DNA of 62,259 bases, the filler included, from Sphacelaria rigidula (Eukaryota): assembly GCA_964200075.2 (NCBI GenBank). It is 9 parts of 9 records of this genome, joined end to end, with 100 filler letters (N's around TTAATTAATTAA, not from the genome) between each part and the next. Parts side by side here need not be neighbours in the genome. Positions count along the whole stretch, not along the records: positions 55,432 to 62,259 come from CAXNAA020017876.1; 8 more parts are not named here. One strand, given 5' to 3'. Made by a program: the position numbers and the translations under genes. The notes under the pieces are model-generated. The model searched no databases. It was not told the DNA's origin and saw nothing but the letters and a program-made list of their open reading frames with translations. Shown here piece after piece: positions 60,709 through 62,259 of this stretch. The number at the start of each line of letters is the position of its first letter. Within the stretch, counting starts at the first letter, position 1.

Positions 60709-61075
60709 GGTGTGTGTGTGTGATGTCGCCCATCTCTGCTGGGCGCCGGTGTACACCTGTCGGTATATTATGTGGGCGCACCACCCGGGGTCACACAGGA
60801 GGAAGGTCAACACAGGAGCCTTTTCTTTCTTCTTTTTTTTGTAACACGCCACCGTTCTTCTGCGGTGCTTGCTTTTTCTTTTTTAACGCGAGAGGGATTT
60901 TGCAGTCCCTTCCCCTCGTCAACCGTTGAGTCGAATTTTGTGTACCCACGATATAGTCGCTCTTGCCGGTTGGGCATGGTGTGAGCAAAAATCCCAGATC
61001 GCTCCGAAAATTGAACCGACGACGCAACCGTCAGAAGGTTTTTACGTTACCAACTGAGCCACCGGGGCGCCCGGC
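60709..61075 (-). mobile_element. Full-length tRNA-derived SINE
   Basis: Minus-strand head gccgggcgccccggTGGCTCAGTTGGtaac...cGGTTCAATTT. Conserved body and (CA)n tail. Confidence 0.88.
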
Positions 61076-62259
61076 TTACGAACCTCAATGCGGTACTAAA
61101 CTTGTAATCAAGCCCTGACTACGAGACGTGAAAACGGCTTCAACAGTGTAACCCATACTGTGGTCTGCAGGCTACGGTGTCGAGTACTGTCCTGTAACAT
61201 TTGCGTACGTTGGACGCGGTTTCGAGAGGAAACGCGCAACGTCGCACATCATTTTCGACGGGAAAGGAAGTGCGGTGATTTGATTCGAGCGAATTCGCTA
61301 CTCTGTCGCGAGCGGAGTCGAACACACTTTCTTTGGCAAAGAAGAACATCGTAAAAATCGTGAGGCGGCACTTTGCAGCCTCGGTACACTTTCGTACTGT
61401 ACTGGCCGCGCTGCATGCATACAGTGTGCGTAAGTATGTGCCTGTGCGAGTTTCGTACAGGAGGATGTGAGAAGAAGCGGCCGACGGCCTGTGTAGACAG
61501 CGCTCGACTACGAGCTGGGCCAGCGTAAAAGCGGCTAAAACTTGCTCACACCACAGCTTCCCCAGTTTCCCGAATTAACCCGATGTAAGCATATCACTGT
61601 GAACTGCTGGCCCGCCTGATGACAAAGAACTGCACCACTTCGTTCCAGACAACAGAGCCAGCTTCAGCCTGTGTGTGCGACAGGAGCACTTGGCGAGCGT
61701 TTCACTACGCGTCACGACAGAAAGGGCAACACCCCCTCGTATTATTGCTGTGAATCACGGGTGCAAATGCGAGTGTACACAGCGATACTACGACGTGATG
61801 TGCAGCGCTGTACCAGCCGCTGTAACGAAACCGCAGCAGCTGATCTGAATCAGTTCAAAGCTGGAAGAACTCCGGCATAAGAGTGTGTACTTGTTGCGAG
61901 TTTAGTTGATGAAGCCCCTGAACTCGACCCACGACGTTTTTGTTCGGTCCCTCCCCCCTGTTGCACTGTGCCGACGCACGTTTACCCTGTGACCACTTGC
62001 ACGAAGTAGTTGTCGCATGGTCGACATGGAGCGGACGCAGCCTGGCGATCAGCTATGGTTTGGTTCTGAAGCTCTAGTGTGAGGACCGCGATGAACACAC
62101 CCCGTTATCCTCCGAGGATCAGCCCTCACTATGTGTTATATCGACGGTTGTCATGCAGGGGCCCACTGCCGGCATCTGTTGTTCATGCTGGCGGTCTCCC
62201 AGAGTTGTAGTGGGCCGAGGGAGCGGAAAGGTCAACCTTGCTGGTTGTGCACCCGTCCT

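Overview
Eukaryotic, intron-rich and transposon-dense DNA, most consistent with a brown alga (Phaeophyceae). That call is an inference from a stramenopile-type THF1/Psb29, long repeat-filled GT-AG introns and the repeat families present. The window is not one locus. It is nine unlinked contigs of 6830, 6829 (x5) and 6828 (x3) bp, sorted by length and joined with 100-bp spacers (N44-TTAATTAATTAA-N44), so nothing can be inferred across spacers. Host genes: the first coding exon of eIF6 (3199-3391), four 3' exons of THF1/Psb29 (14143-18080), one EF-hand exon (47213-47311), and a few uncertain exons or ORFs. Mobile DNA: decayed Ty1/Copia and Ty3/Gypsy elements, an RTE-like LINE endonuclease fragment, a hAT relic with its dimerisation domain, a tRNA-derived SINE family (6 copies) and several MITE families (TA-TSD; 8-bp-TSD hAT; CACACG-ended with 2-bp TSD). 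The most unusual observations are a 274-bp near-perfect palindrome, a telomere-repeat insertion with a 6-bp duplication inside the Copia RT, a repeat unit headed by telomere-like hexamers, and an exactly 72-nt foldable transposon end found as solo copies. I found no convincing novel multi-gene system.
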